DNA from: an uncultured Planctomycetaceae bacterium
GTDB lineage: Bacteria > Planctomycetota > Planctomycetia > Pirellulales > PALSA-1355
Assembly (NCBI GenBank): GCA_963785305.1
Contig: CAWAUV010000004.1
Span: 416,001-480,000, forward strand
Length of the DNA stretch: 64,000 bases
Direction: 5' to 3'
Shown: positions 21,728 through 32,379 of the stretch, in pieces
Layout: the number at the start of each line of letters is the position of its first letter
Numbering within the stretch: the stretch's first letter is position 1
Notes under the pieces: model-generated
What the model was told of the DNA's origin: nothing
Databases searched by the model: none
The model's input: the letters and a program-made list of their open reading frames with translations, nothing else
Made by a program: the position numbers and the translations under genes

Positions 21728-23029
21728 ATGAAAATCTTCTTCTCGGCGGGCGAGCCCAGCGGCGATCTCCACGGCGCCAACCTGATTCGCGCTCTCGGGG
21801 ACCAATGTCCCGATCTCCAGGCCGTGGGCTATGGCGGACCGCGAATGGCCGAGGCAGGCTGCCGCTTGCATGCCGATCTGACCGCCCTGGCCGTGATGTG
21901 GATTTTGCGGGCACTCTTGAACCTGCACAAATTTCTCGATCTGGCCGCGCGGGCCGACCGCTATTTTCGCCGCGAGCGTCCCGACGCCGTGGTGCTGGTC
22001 GACTTTCCGGGCTTCAACTGGTGGATTGCCCGGCGGGCCAAATTCCATGGTATTCCGGTGTTTTACTATGCTCCGCCACAGATTTGGGCCTGGGCCAGTC
22101 ATCGCGTGCATAAAATGCGACGGCTGGTCGATCATGTGCTGGCGGCGCTGCCGTTCGAGGCGCGCTGGCTCACGGAGCGCGGTTGCCGCGCCACGTTCGT
22201 GGGGCATCCCTATTTCGATTCGCTCGAAAGCCAATCGCTCGACGAAACCTTCGTCGCTCGTTCTCGCGATCCCTCACGCCCCCTGGTGCTGATCTTGCCC
22301 GGCTCGCGCAATCAAGAGCTTACGCACAATCTCGAGAGCCTGCTGCGGGCCGCCAAGCACGTTGCCCTCGCGCTGCCCGAGACACGCTTCGCGGTGGCGG
22401 CCTTCAAGCCCACCCATGCCGAAGCGGCGGCGCGCGAGGCCAAGGCGATCGGTCTCGAAGCCGAAGTGTACTCGGGCCGCACGCCCGAGCTGATTCATCT
22501 GGCCGACGCGAGCTTCGCGGTGTCGGGCTCGGTATCGCTCGAGTTGCTGTACCACGCCACGCCGAGCGTGATTCTGTATCGCATCGGTCCGCTGGCCTAT
22601 CGGCTGCAAGCGTGGTTTCGCCATGTGCGATATATCACGCTGGTGAACTTGCTCGCCGCGGACGATATCTTTTATCCGCGCCGAACCGGTTCGGCGGCCA
22701 GTTCGGCGCCGGCCGCGAATGCGGACGACGCGCCGCTGTTTCCCGAGTTCGTCACCTCGCGCGATCGCTCCGCGGAGATGGCCGCGCATGTGATCGGTTG
22801 GCTGCGCGATTCGGATCGCCGCGAGGCGCTCGTGCGGCGGCTCGAATCGCTGCGCGATCAAGTGGCGCATGGCGGCGCTTGTCGGCGGGCGGCCGAAATC
22901 ATTCTCGAAGAAGCAAAGCCGAAAGCCCGGCCGACGCCGCGACCACATTATGCGCCGCCGGCCAATACGGAAAACTCGCCCGAAGCGAGGAGTCCGTCGC
23001 CGGGGAATCCGATTCGGCAGGCGGCATGA
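21728..23029 (+). CDS. lpxB: Lipid-A-disaccharide synthase
   Basis: FSAGEPSGDLHG, VDFPGFN, YYAPPQIWAW, LPFE, FVGHP, LPGSR, SGSVSLE. Confidence 0.95.
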   Translation: MKIFFSAGEPSGDLHGANLIRALGDQCPDLQAVGYGGPRMAEAGCRLHADLTALAVMWILRALLNLHKFLDLAARADRYFRRERPDAVVLVDFPGFNWWIARRAKFHGIPVFYYAPPQIWAWASHRVHKMRRLVDHVLAALPFEARWLTERGCRATFVGHPYFDSLESQSLDETFVARSRDPSRPLVLILPGSRNQELTHNLESLLRAAKHVALALPETRFAVAAFKPTHAEAAAREAKAIGLEAEVYSGRTPELIHLADASFAVSGSVSLELLYHATPSVILYRIGPLAYRLQAWFRHVRYITLVNLLAADDIFYPRRTGSAASSAPAANADDAPLFPEFVTSRDRSAEMAAHVIGWLRDSDRREALVRRLESLRDQVAHGGACRRAAEIILEEAKPKARPTPRPHYAPPANTENSPEARSPSPGNPIRQAA

Positions 23030-23078
23030 GACCTCGGGGCCGCTTGGGCACGATGATCGAAACAAGGTAGCCGCATCC

Positions 23079-25084
23079 ATGCTTGAGCGCCGCGCGATTC
23101 CTCCGATGTTTGTCGCGGCGCGCGGCTGGCCGCGACGAGCCCCCTGGGGACTTCTCTCGGGAGTCGCGTTCGCGGCGCTCTTGATTTCGCCGGCGTTCGT
23201 CGATGGCTTTGCCTGCGACGATCTCTTGAACGCCTCGACGCGCGGCAATTGCCGCCTCGCGGGGCAGACGATCACGCAATACCTCGCGGAGCAGGTTCAT
23301 GGCAGCATCTGCGCCGGCCGCATGTATCCGCTGGCGATCGTGCTGACCTATGGCGTGCATTACTTGGCGCCGAGCCCCGCGGCGTTTCATGCCTTTTCGT
23401 ATCTGCTGACGCTCCTCGATGTCGCGCTTTTTTACGCCCTGCTTCGCGCCTGGCGGTTCGAAGCCGCGATTGCCACTTGGGCAACGCTCTTTCTGGCGAT
23501 CTTGTTTCAGCTCCGGGTGTTTTACGATCCGATCATGCAGTTCGCGGGCCTCTTGCCCGGCGCCACCGCGGCGATTTTGCTTGCGCTGGTGGCCTTCGAG
23601 CGATATCTCGCGGGGCGGAGGGCTGGCTGGCTGCTCGTGTGTCTCGTCGCTTTTGCCGCGGGGCTTTTGACGTATGAAGTCACGTTCATGGTCACGCCGG
23701 CGTTTGTGATCGCGGCTCGGAGGCATCGGAGCCGCTGGCGCGACGCCGTCTCGGCGGCCCACTATCCGCTGACACTGGCCATCGCGCTCGCGATGTTCAC
23801 GCTTGGCCTTCGCTATCAGGCCGGCTTGAGCGAGGAGAACCCGTACAACCCGCATTTCGACCTGGCGGCGATCGCCATGGCGACGTTCTGGCAAGCCTCG
23901 TCGGCGGCGCCGATGAGTTATGCGCTCGTGAGCCCGCACCGTGTCGACAACATGTGTCATTGGCAATTGTTTTCGACCTGGCAGAACTGGGCGATGCTGC
24001 TGCTGGCCGGCGCGCTGAGCGGAATGTGCGCCAACAAATGCCCAGGGCCCTCCACGCGGCAAGACGCCACGGAACGCGCGCGCAAGCGCCCTTGGGTTCA
24101 CCGCCGGGGTTGGGGCTTGTGGCGCTCTTGGGCGCCGTGGTGTGGATTCTGCCCGGCGCGCTTTTGGCGCTCTCGGGCAAGTATCAGCGCGTCGTCGGGC
24201 CCGGCCTGGGATACTTGCCAGTGTTTTTGCAGGCATTTGGCCTCGCGATCTTGGCCGCGGCGGCGGTGGCCTGGGTCCGGGCAAGAATGCCGGAGCGTTG
24301 GCCGCGAATCGCGGTGGGCATCGTCGTTTTCCAGGCCGCCGCGGCAATGCTCACCTATGAATCGAATCGAACCGTGGCTCGGCGACTCAATGGCGATCCC
24401 AATGTGCGGGACATGGCCCTGCTCGACGCGGCGTTTCGCGCGGGAGTGTGCGACGCCGCGCCGGCCGACGCCACGATCTGGTCGCTCCAGCCGCATCCTT
24501 GGATGGGCGGTGGACCGGACTTGGCTGGCGGCCACTTCTCGACCGCGCTCGGGCGACGCATGAACGGTTTGATCGGCGAACCCGCGCCGGGTTGGCTCAA
24601 GCGAAATCGCCGTCCGGGCGAGATTGCTCCGCCGACATTCGTGCTGAACGATGCCCGACCCGACGGCCGGAGCGCTTATGTGATTTTGGGCGTGGTCGCA
24701 AAAGGAGATGCGCCCGCGGGAATGTCGCCATCATTGTCGGGCGCGGGTAGTTTGCAAAACGAAGCGAGGAGCGAGGATTCCCGCGGCGGCGATTTTCGCG
24801 TTCGCCGTTTTTGGCTGTTTGTCGCCGGAAACTTCGCCCGACTTGCCCATTCGCCGGGGCGCCTGGCGGCGACGGTTGTCGAGCGCGACGCGACGGGAGA
24901 TTATGTTGCGCCGGTAGTCGAGCCCTTGGACCTCGCATCGCTCGAAACCGTGTCTTGCTCCGATCAAGGGCTGGTGCTCGCTGGCGAGTTTGCCGAAGCG
25001 GTTGACCTTTCGCGGTTCCGCGTGCTTACGCTGGATCGCGATGATGCGAGCGTGGTTCGCTCCGAGGAACCAGCAAGGCGCTGA
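23079..25084 (+). CDS. Polytopic membrane protein, possibly GT-C-like glycosyltransferase (frameshift near 24030-24110)
   Basis: Acidic DD after first TM (FACDD), GRMYPL, LLTYE, many TM segments, soluble C-terminus; follows lpxB. Confidence 0.6.
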
Positions 25085-25199
25085 GCGTCAGGTCGTTTTC
25101 GCAATATCGGAATCTCGCTCTATTCAAAACTATGGGTTCAGTCATAATGGCTCGACCAATGCTTGATTGGAGAGCATTTCAATCACTGAAGGAGTGCCG

Positions 25200-26178
25200 A
25201 TGAGCATCGCCAAGTCTCCCGTCCAACGCCAAGCTCGTCGGAAATATGAACCCGTGGGCGAAGCCGCGGTCGGGCGGGCTCTCGCGCGGCCCTCGGCGGT
25301 GACGGGCCGGATTGTTTGGCGCGATGCCGCGCCGATCGCGGTCTTGCATCTCGCCGCGCTTAGCGTGTTTTGGCCCTGGCTGTTTAGCTGGTCGGGCCTC
25401 GCGCTGTTCGTGTTTGGCGTCTACTTCTACGGTGGGCTGGGAATCAATATCGCCTACCACCGCATGCTCACGCATCGCAGCTTCAAGACTCCGCGGTGGC
25501 TCGAGCGCCTGCTTGGTGCTGGTGGCGCTCTGCTGCCTGGAAGACGCGCCGGGCAGTTGGGTGGCGACCCATCGGGCCCATCACCACGAGACCGACGAAC
25601 AGCCCGACCCGCACTCGCCGCTGGTGAGCTTCTTCTGGAGCCACATGGGCTGGCTGCTAGTCGAGAATCGCGATGTGCGCTGCTACAACGCTTATGAGCG
25701 CTTTGCCCGCGATGTGCTACGCGATCCGTTTTATATGCGATTGCAACGTTCCATGCTGCCGCTGTGGATCTATGCGCTGCATGCGTTGGTATATTACGTG
25801 GCTGGTTTCGCGGTGGGCTATTTTGCCTTGGGCGGCGTGGCCGCGGGCGTGCGTTGCGGGTTGAGCTGGGTTGCCTGGGGCGTGGTGCTGCGAACCGTGT
25901 GTGTGTGGCATATCAGTTGGACCGTGAATTCGCTCTCGCACATGTTCGGTTATCGCAATTACGAAACCACGGATCGCAGTCGCAACAATTGGCTGGTGGC
26001 GCTGCTCACCAGCGGCGAGGGCTGGCACAACAATCATCACATCGACCCGGCCAGCGCCAGCAACCATCATCGCTGGTGGGAGATCGACCCGATGTGGATG
26101 ATCATTCGCGGCCTCGAAATGGTCGGCCTCGCGACCGACGTGGTGCGCCCCGACACATTCGCCATCAGACCCGGCTGA
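25200..26178 (+). CDS. Acyl-CoA/fatty acid (delta-9-type) desaturase (frameshift near 25510)
   Basis: His boxes YHRMLTHRSF, HRAHH, DPHSP, GEGWHNNHH; GAAGGAG SD. Confidence 0.93.
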
Positions 26179-26458
26179 ATTCGCAATAGCGTCGTGTCTC
26201 GGGAGGCGGCTTTCGGAATCATTTCGGTCCGTCGCTCCTTCGCGTTTCCGCGTCTCGGCATGAGCCCTTTTCGGAAAAAACCGCGCGAGGGAAGCGAACT
26301 CCGGTCTCGCCCATTTGGCGTGGCGGGATGAATGCACTATATTAGTGCCAGTCATCGTCAGTGCCAGTCATCGAGGATCAGCGCGGCCGACCAGAATCGG
26401 GCCTCGGAGGGATCGCGGCGGGCGATGGGCAGGCCGCGAGATCATGGAGGAGCGGAGC

Positions 26459-26779
26459 ATGAAACGTGTCCGAAAACCCAAGCCGCTGTGGGTCACGCTG
26501 GGCCGGTTCTCGCCCCGCGGTAATTACTGGTACCTGCTCAGTTCGATTCGACCGCACGACCCCGATCGGCTGGTCGAAATGCCGGAACTCTCGGAAACTC
26601 GCTCCTTCCGCCCCGCCGTGTTCGAGCAAATGACCGGCATGCGACTCCGCCGCGGCGAATCGGCGCGGGTGACATTCGCGCTCGAATGTTGGGAGCCCAA
26701 ATCACCAAGCCGCGGGCGGGCAAAGCGGGCCACGATCGCGGAAGCAAAGGAATTCAGCCCGGCGAAAATCGGCGTCTGA
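26459..26779 (+). CDS. Hypothetical protein
   Basis: MKRVRKPKPLW..., GGAG SD, host-like codon usage. Confidence 0.5.
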   Translation: MKRVRKPKPLWVTLGRFSPRGNYWYLLSSIRPHDPDRLVEMPELSETRSFRPAVFEQMTGMRLRRGESARVTFALECWEPKSPSRGRAKRATIAEAKEFSPAKIGV

Positions 26780-27464
26780 GCCGCGCTCGCGCGTCGCCGT
26801 CGCCTGCTGCTCCGTTTTCTCACGTGGTGTCGTCGAGTCGTCATTTCCGTCGCGGAGAGGCAACTTCTCGTCGCTAACTCGACAAAGACATTTTTCACCA
26901 CGACGGGCACGACGGCACAACGATGACATTTAAAACAGCGAGACCCGAACCGACCGGCGCATTAGCATCGCCACATGCTCTTTCTTCCGCGTCGAGTCCC
27001 CGTGCGGCGCCGATTCTTACCGACGCGGCACAGTTTGAATTCTTTTGAGGAGCTTTAAGGGCTTATCCGGCAACCCCGCGCCAGCATTGAAATTGCCGCC
27101 AAAATCGCGTGCTGCCATGGGTTCCCGGATAGGTTCTAAACCAGATCCTGGCCGTGATGCGTCATTTGAGAACGGCAGCAACTTCGCGTCGTGCCCCGCA
27201 CCGAAGGCGTTTCGCCTCGCCCGGCGTGGAACCTTGATCCGCGTCCAACGCATTTGCAAAACGAAACAACGGTTGCAGACGCTAAAGATGAGCTCCAAGC
27301 ACTTGGCTCAACGCGCCGAAATCCGCTGCATTGCTTGGACTTGACCAGAACGCGCCCATGTTAGCTCTTTTCCGGTTTGAGCAACGTGACCGTTCCCCCG
27401 AATTCGTAGGCAGGGAGTGCCGGATCTATTGGAGTTTGGCGGGGACGTTTGGCGGACGAGGAGG

Positions 27465-28385
27465 TCATGGGTTATTGTGTACTGACACGCCGACGCGAAA
27501 TGCGCGGTGCCGTCGGTTATGGCCGCTGCAATTCAAAAAAAGCTTCCAAATCGCTTTTTTCAACAAATGCTTCGCTCGGCCGCCGATCCGGTCAAAGCGG
27601 ATTTGTTCGGAGTACGATAGATCACGAAGATCGTAACTGCCGTGCGAATATAACGCCAACGTGTCTCGAATATCGTGGTACTGTTTCAACAACGACCAAG
27701 TCGGGAAATCATCCTCAACAAGCGGCAACATTGCAATAAATGCCATTTCTAAGCCTTTTGTTGCGTTGGCGGACAACAACAACGCTTCCACGGCAAGGGC
27801 TAGTCGTCTGATGCAGCCGTCGTCTATTTCCTCAGAATCGCGAGCTGCTCGGCTATGCTCCTGCGCAGTGTTCCCCAAGCAAGCTATGACGCCCTCTACG
27901 GGCGATACGTTTTTTCGCGTTCGCTTCCTCATTTTATCGAGTACCGTTTGAATCTCTTCGTCTTGTTTTAGGCTATCGAGAATTTTGCGATATGCCTCTT
28001 GAAGTTCTCTTGCCGTGCTAGATAAGGTCCAATCTTCCCAAATCGGTCTACGGGAATCGATTGCGAAATTTTCATGCCATGCTGAATCAAGAGCCACAAT
28101 AACTGGTCTGGGCGCGTCCTCAAACTGGTCGGCTGTTATATCCGCGCTCACTCCTTCTTTCTCGAGCCAAGCATGCGTGCGATCGTCTCGATTTCCGCAT
28201 ACGTAGATCCAGCCGGGCGACCCGTTTTCGCTAAGAAAGCGCCCGAGGACGTCACTCGCATCGCCGCACGAGCCGAACGGGAAGTCTTTGAACGCGATAT
28301 AGGTGAGCGTGGGCCTGCAACGCTCAATCGCATGGCGAAATGCCATTGCGACGGCCGCGACCGGCAACATCTCTTCGTTGGACAT
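27465..28385 (-). CDS. Lower-GC hypothetical protein: N-terminal Cys-His-Asp (papain/transglutaminase-like) domain, C-terminal helical domain possibly HEPN-like
   Basis: FPFGSCGDAS...THAWLE...DITADQF; LAVEALL...IRDTLALYSHG; AT-richer than flanks. Confidence 0.55.
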   Translation of the reverse strand: MSNEEMLPVAAVAMAFRHAIERCRPTLTYIAFKDFPFGSCGDASDVLGRFLSENGSPGWIYVCGNRDDRTHAWLEKEGVSADITADQFEDAPRPVIVALDSAWHENFAIDSRRPIWEDWTLSSTARELQEAYRKILDSLKQDEEIQTVLDKMRKRTRKNVSPVEGVIACLGNTAQEHSRAARDSEEIDDGCIRRLALAVEALLLSANATKGLEMAFIAMLPLVEDDFPTWSLLKQYHDIRDTLALYSHGSYDLRDLSYSEQIRFDRIGGRAKHLLKKAIWKLFLNCSGHNRRHRAFRVGVSVHNNP

Positions 28386-28936
28386 TCGAGTTGCTACCGT
28401 TGTTGAGATACTTCTTTTCGTCGGTCTCTTGCGCGTTGGCCGCTTTCGGCAATTTGCGCGACCCGTATGTCCGACATGAAATTTGCGGAATTTCACAGCG
28501 CGGGATTTGAAGAACCGTCACCGATTTGGAGATTATGGAACATTGTACACAATCATTTTCATATTTGAATCGCTGGTGAATGCCAAGAGCGGCGGCAATG
28601 CGGCAGATGCAAGAGAGCGGAGGCGTGTGGTGAGATGATCCGCGGACGACGCGGAAATTGTCGCGCGGCAATGGCAGCATCAGCGCCGAAATTGGCGACC
28701 TTCCCGAGAGGCAAGGATTGGCGGATGAACCGCGCGTGCGGTCCGCCGTTTCCCGCATTTCGTGGCCCGGGACTGGGGCGAGTTGACGAACCTGGATTCT
28801 CGGCCGGGCCCCGCAGCCACGTTGGCTGGCGGAAATGCCCCCTTTTCCGGCTAAACGTCCTCTCGTCGAAACGCCAGCATGTTCGCATATTGCGAATGAC
28901 ATGTCGCGAAAATTGAAAGTTTCCTCGAAATGATGC

Positions 28937-28964
28937 TTGATGTTTTGGGCCGTGCTTTTATACT
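28937..28964 (+). promoter_or_regulatory. sigma70-type promoter for the PEP-CTERM gene
   Basis: TTGATG-16 bp-TATACT. Confidence 0.5.
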
Positions 28965-29045
28965 AATGATCCTTCTGGTCAAAGATTATCATCGATCAAA
29001 GTCGACTTATCCTCGTCAGCGTTACTCGTCCGGTAGCCTCGTGTG

Positions 29046-29798
29046 ATGAATTGCTTAGCTCGCTTCTGCCCGATTCTTTGCGCGGCGATAGTGGCGCTCG
29101 TGCCCCTGGTCGGATCGGCCGAGATGATCGGCATTCAGTTTCAAGGGAATAGCCAGCCAGTAACCATCGGCTCGGACTATGCGACCGCCGGCGCCGGCGT
29201 TGTGCCCCAGTCGGGCTGGAACGTCGCTGGCACGTCCCCAAACAGTCCGAACGGCGGCGTGGCGATCACCGACAGCCAAGGCAACGCCGCCGGCACGCTC
29301 AACTGGACATCGAGCAACTTGTACGGATCGGGCGCGACCGGCACTTCCACGCAGAACCTGCTCGGCGGTTATTTAGATGACAACAGCAGCCCGAACTCCG
29401 CGACCGTCACCGTCACCAACCTGCCTGCTGGCATCGCGGGAACCGGATCCACGCCGTACAACGTGATCGTTTATCTCGCCGGCGACACCACCGGTCGTGG
29501 TGGTGATTACACGATCAACGGCCAGACCGCCACGCTCGCTGAATTGCAGAATAATTCCTCGTTTGTGCTGGCGACCGCCGGTCCGGCGGGAGTGGGAGGC
29601 ACGCCGGGAAACTATTACGAGTTTTTTAACGTGACCGGCACGACATTGTCGCTGACAACCAATCCGTCTTTCGGCAGCCCAACTCGCACGCCGATCGACG
29701 GAATTCAGATTCTATCCGTTCCGGAACCGGCCAGCCTCACGCTCGTCGGAGTGGGGGCCATCGGAATCTTGACGGTCGCCCGGCGCCGCAAGGCCTGA
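29046..29798 (+). CDS. PEP-CTERM sorting-domain protein
   Basis: Signal peptide; Gly/Thr/Asn-rich body; VPEPASLTLVGVGAIGILTVARRRKA. Confidence 0.92.
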   Translation: MNCLARFCPILCAAIVALVPLVGSAEMIGIQFQGNSQPVTIGSDYATAGAGVVPQSGWNVAGTSPNSPNGGVAITDSQGNAAGTLNWTSSNLYGSGATGTSTQNLLGGYLDDNSSPNSATVTVTNLPAGIAGTGSTPYNVIVYLAGDTTGRGGDYTINGQTATLAELQNNSSFVLATAGPAGVGGTPGNYYEFFNVTGTTLSLTTNPSFGSPTRTPIDGIQILSVPEPASLTLVGVGAIGILTVARRRKA

Positions 29799-29880
29799 TC
29801 GCCCGGCGTCATTCGGCGGCGGCGGCGCGAACCTAGTGCATTGTCACAATTGAAATGACGGGTTGGATTGGCTCCGCAGC

Positions 29881-29960
29881 GCCATGCCCACGGCCCTGCG
29901 TGGGCATGAGGACTTCGTGTGGCGCTCGAAACATGCCCACGCTGGGCGTGGGCACGGCAC
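29881..29960. repeat. REP-like double palindrome, family B
   Basis: CATGCCCACG-GCCCTG-CGTGGGCATG followed by TGCCCACGC-TGG-GCGTGGGCA. Confidence 0.7.
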
Positions 29961-30366
29961 ACGGGGTTATACCTATCATTTCAGCCGTGACAAAGCACTA
30001 GCCCTCGCCCTCCGGCCGACTCGTTTCCGCGTTCCAAGCGAGCGCCGATCGAACCTGGCGAGGCCACTCCCTGGGGGCGGCGCCCGTTGATTTCGACGAT
30101 GGTCATTGAAAGTCCCGCGCATGTCGCGGTTACAACTCGCCGACGAAGCGGGCCGCTTATATCATGCCGATTCAAAGGTCTTCCAATTTGGGGAGCGACG
30201 CGCGTTTTCTCGTTGTCCGGCGCTTGGTCGAGCGCCGCGCGGCGGTTTTTTCGATATGGCAAGGATTGGAGCGGAGCGCGAGGCTCGTGGTCTGGAAAAG
30301 ATTGCTGGCTGAATGGCTTCCGCGGTCCGCCGTTTCCCGCAATTCGCGGTCTGGGCCCGGGGCGAG

Positions 30367-30395
30367 TTGACGAACCCCGGTCCAAGTTTTACCAT
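30367..30395 (+). promoter_or_regulatory. sigma70-type promoter
   Basis: TTGACG-17 bp-TACCAT upstream of the 30566 gene. Confidence 0.6.
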
Positions 30396-30565
30396 TTTCC
30401 TAGACGGAAGCCGCTCAGGTCCGACCGGCGCCGGCCAGAGGGCGCGAGAGCCGGATTTGCCCCGGCTTCGACCAGGTTGCTCGCGAGTCGTTTACTCGCG
30501 GGGCGTTTTATTTACGGGCCGTTGTTTCAACGGGCTTGGTCGTATTGCAAAGGGGAGGAATACCA

Positions 30566-30889
30566 ATGCCGCTGTTCGAAGTCGAAACCGAATGCCACAT
30601 CATCATCACCTGGGCCAGCGATGAAGACGCCGCCTCGACGGTCGTCAACGAATGCTATCCGACCGAGAAGGTCATTCGCCTGACCAAGCGTCCGCGCGAC
30701 ACCTGGGTCATCTCCAAGAGCGCCCTGGGCATTGCGGGCAAGATCGACCCCTGCTCCACGGCTCGCGACTGCTTGTCGAAAGCCGCCGGCGACAAGGTCC
30801 ACGCGATTCGGCTTTATATGCACGAAACCGGCACCGACCTCGAACGCGCCCGCAAGGTGATCGAGTCGAACATGGTCATGGGCTGGTAG
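30566..30889 (+). CDS. Conserved small planctomycete-type protein (DUF6793-like, tentative)
   Basis: Strong SD GGGGAGG; MPLFEVETECHIIITWA...KRPRDTWVISK...KVHAIRLYM...ESNMVMGW; strong GC3 bias. Confidence 0.75.
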   Translation: MPLFEVETECHIIITWASDEDAASTVVNECYPTEKVIRLTKRPRDTWVISKSALGIAGKIDPCSTARDCLSKAAGDKVHAIRLYMHETGTDLERARKVIESNMVMGW

Positions 30890-32096
30890 CGGCCGGCCCA
30901 CCCATTGGCGGATTGTAACCAACCGGAGTCACGCCCGCGGCGGAACCGGTCGGCGCGCTTCCTGATGAGGTGGCTCCGGGCGCTGCGGCGGCCCGGCCAC
31001 CGCTAGGCACATAGTCGCTGGTGCCACCCGGCCGATAGAACGGATCGCGGGCGCCGCTCGACGCGGCGGGTGGCTGCGCGGCGCTCGCCGCGGGCGGAGC
31101 ATAGCCGCCGCTGGCCGCGCCGTAAGTACCCTGCCCAACAGCGGGATAACTGGCGCCGCCGCCGGCATAGCCCGCTCCTGCGCCAGCGGCCGAAGTGGTC
31201 GAGGCGGTGTAGACCGGCGCCGATCCATAGCCAGTCGCTCCGGCGCTTGTCGCGCCCAGGCCACCGTTTGGCGCGGCTCCACCGGCAGCGCCCATTCCCG
31301 GGGCCACGGCGGTAGCGCCATAGTTGCCAGTGGCGGTGGCATATCCTGGTCCGGCGGCCGGCGCGACAGCGGCCGGGGAATACGCTCCGCCTCCGGCCGC
31401 GCCATAGGCGGCCGGGGCTCCATATCCAGCCGGAGCGCCATAGTTCGCGGGGGCGCCGCCATAATTGTTGGGAGCTCCATAGCCGCCGTTCGCGGCTTGC
31501 GCTCCATAACTCGCCGCCGGATCGGCCGCGGAAGCGCCGTTATTCGGATAAGTCGCGGGCGCGGCGCCGCCGGTTGCGGCGTAGGCGCCGCCATAGCTGC
31601 TCGGGGGCGCGGTCGCGGTGGCCGGAGCGCCAGCGTAGGGATTGCCCGCGCCGGCCGCGCCGCCTTGAGCGGTTTGACCATACACGGCGCTATAGGGCCC
31701 GGCTTGAGCCGCCGGGGCGCCGGCCGTGGCTTGGCCATAGCCGTTGGTGGCGGTCGCGCCTGCTTGCGGATTTGAGTACGACGCGGCGGTGTTCGGATAT
31801 CCGGTCGAGGGATACGGATTCGAGGCGCTCGCCTGCCGATCGGGATACCCCGCGGTGGCGCCGGCGGCCGCGGTTGCTCCGGCGGCCGGAGCGGCCCCAC
31901 CGGGAGCGGTCGCGGCAATGCCGGGCGTCGAGGCCGGCGGGCCGGAGCTGGGAGTCGTCACCGGGGGCGGACTCTTGCGGCTAAACATGTTCCACTTCGA
32001 CGACGCCACGCCGCTCGAACTTGAACATCCGAAGGAACAGCAGGCCAACGCGGCCGAAACACCAATCGACAGAATCGGCGGACAATGGGCTCGCAT
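30876..32096 (-). CDS. Ala/Gly/Tyr/Pro-rich low-complexity putative lipoprotein
   Basis: Signal ending SFGC; disordered Tyr-spaced repeats; C-terminal YRPGGTSDY. Confidence 0.7.
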   Translation of the reverse strand: MRAHCPPILSIGVSAALACCSFGCSSSSGVASSKWNMFSRKSPPPVTTPSSGPPASTPGIAATAPGGAAPAAGATAAAGATAGYPDRQASASNPYPSTGYPNTAASYSNPQAGATATNGYGQATAGAPAAQAGPYSAVYGQTAQGGAAGAGNPYAGAPATATAPPSSYGGAYAATGGAAPATYPNNGASAADPAASYGAQAANGGYGAPNNYGGAPANYGAPAGYGAPAAYGAAGGGAYSPAAVAPAAGPGYATATGNYGATAVAPGMGAAGGAAPNGGLGATSAGATGYGSAPVYTASTTSAAGAGAGYAGGGASYPAVGQGTYGAASGGYAPPAASAAQPPAASSGARDPFYRPGGTSDYVPSGGRAAAAPGATSSGSAPTGSAAGVTPVGYNPPMGGPAATSP

Positions 32097-32350
32097 ATCG
32101 CACGCGCCTCGCAGTTTTTGGTACGGCGAGAAGAGGCGCTGCGCGACCGGCGGCGAATCTCTTGGTTCGCGGCCACGACAGCCGTCCTCTTCCCTGAGGA
32201 CTGTTCGAAACACGACGGCGAGCGTGCGGGATATTGGGTCACCCGGCCCCCGTCTTGAGCATTCTTCGGAAGCGCGTGGCCACAAGATTGAAATAAACCG
32301 GAAAATCGGCACAGATACGCCAAATGTCTCGAAACGATGCCAGGGCGGGG

Positions 32351-32377
32351 ATTATAGGGAGCGCTCCGGGCTGTCAA
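32351..32377 (-). promoter_or_regulatory. Consensus sigma70 hexamers with palindromic spacer
   Basis: Minus strand TTGACA-15 bp (contains GGAGCGCTCC)-TATAAT, facing the lipoprotein gene. Confidence 0.55.
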
Positions 32378-32379
32378 TA

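Noticed and set aside
27017..27468. Possible second gene coupled (ATGA) downstream of the lower-GC orphan
   Set aside because: Only a 35-aa frame and fragmentary ORFs with no recognisable motif
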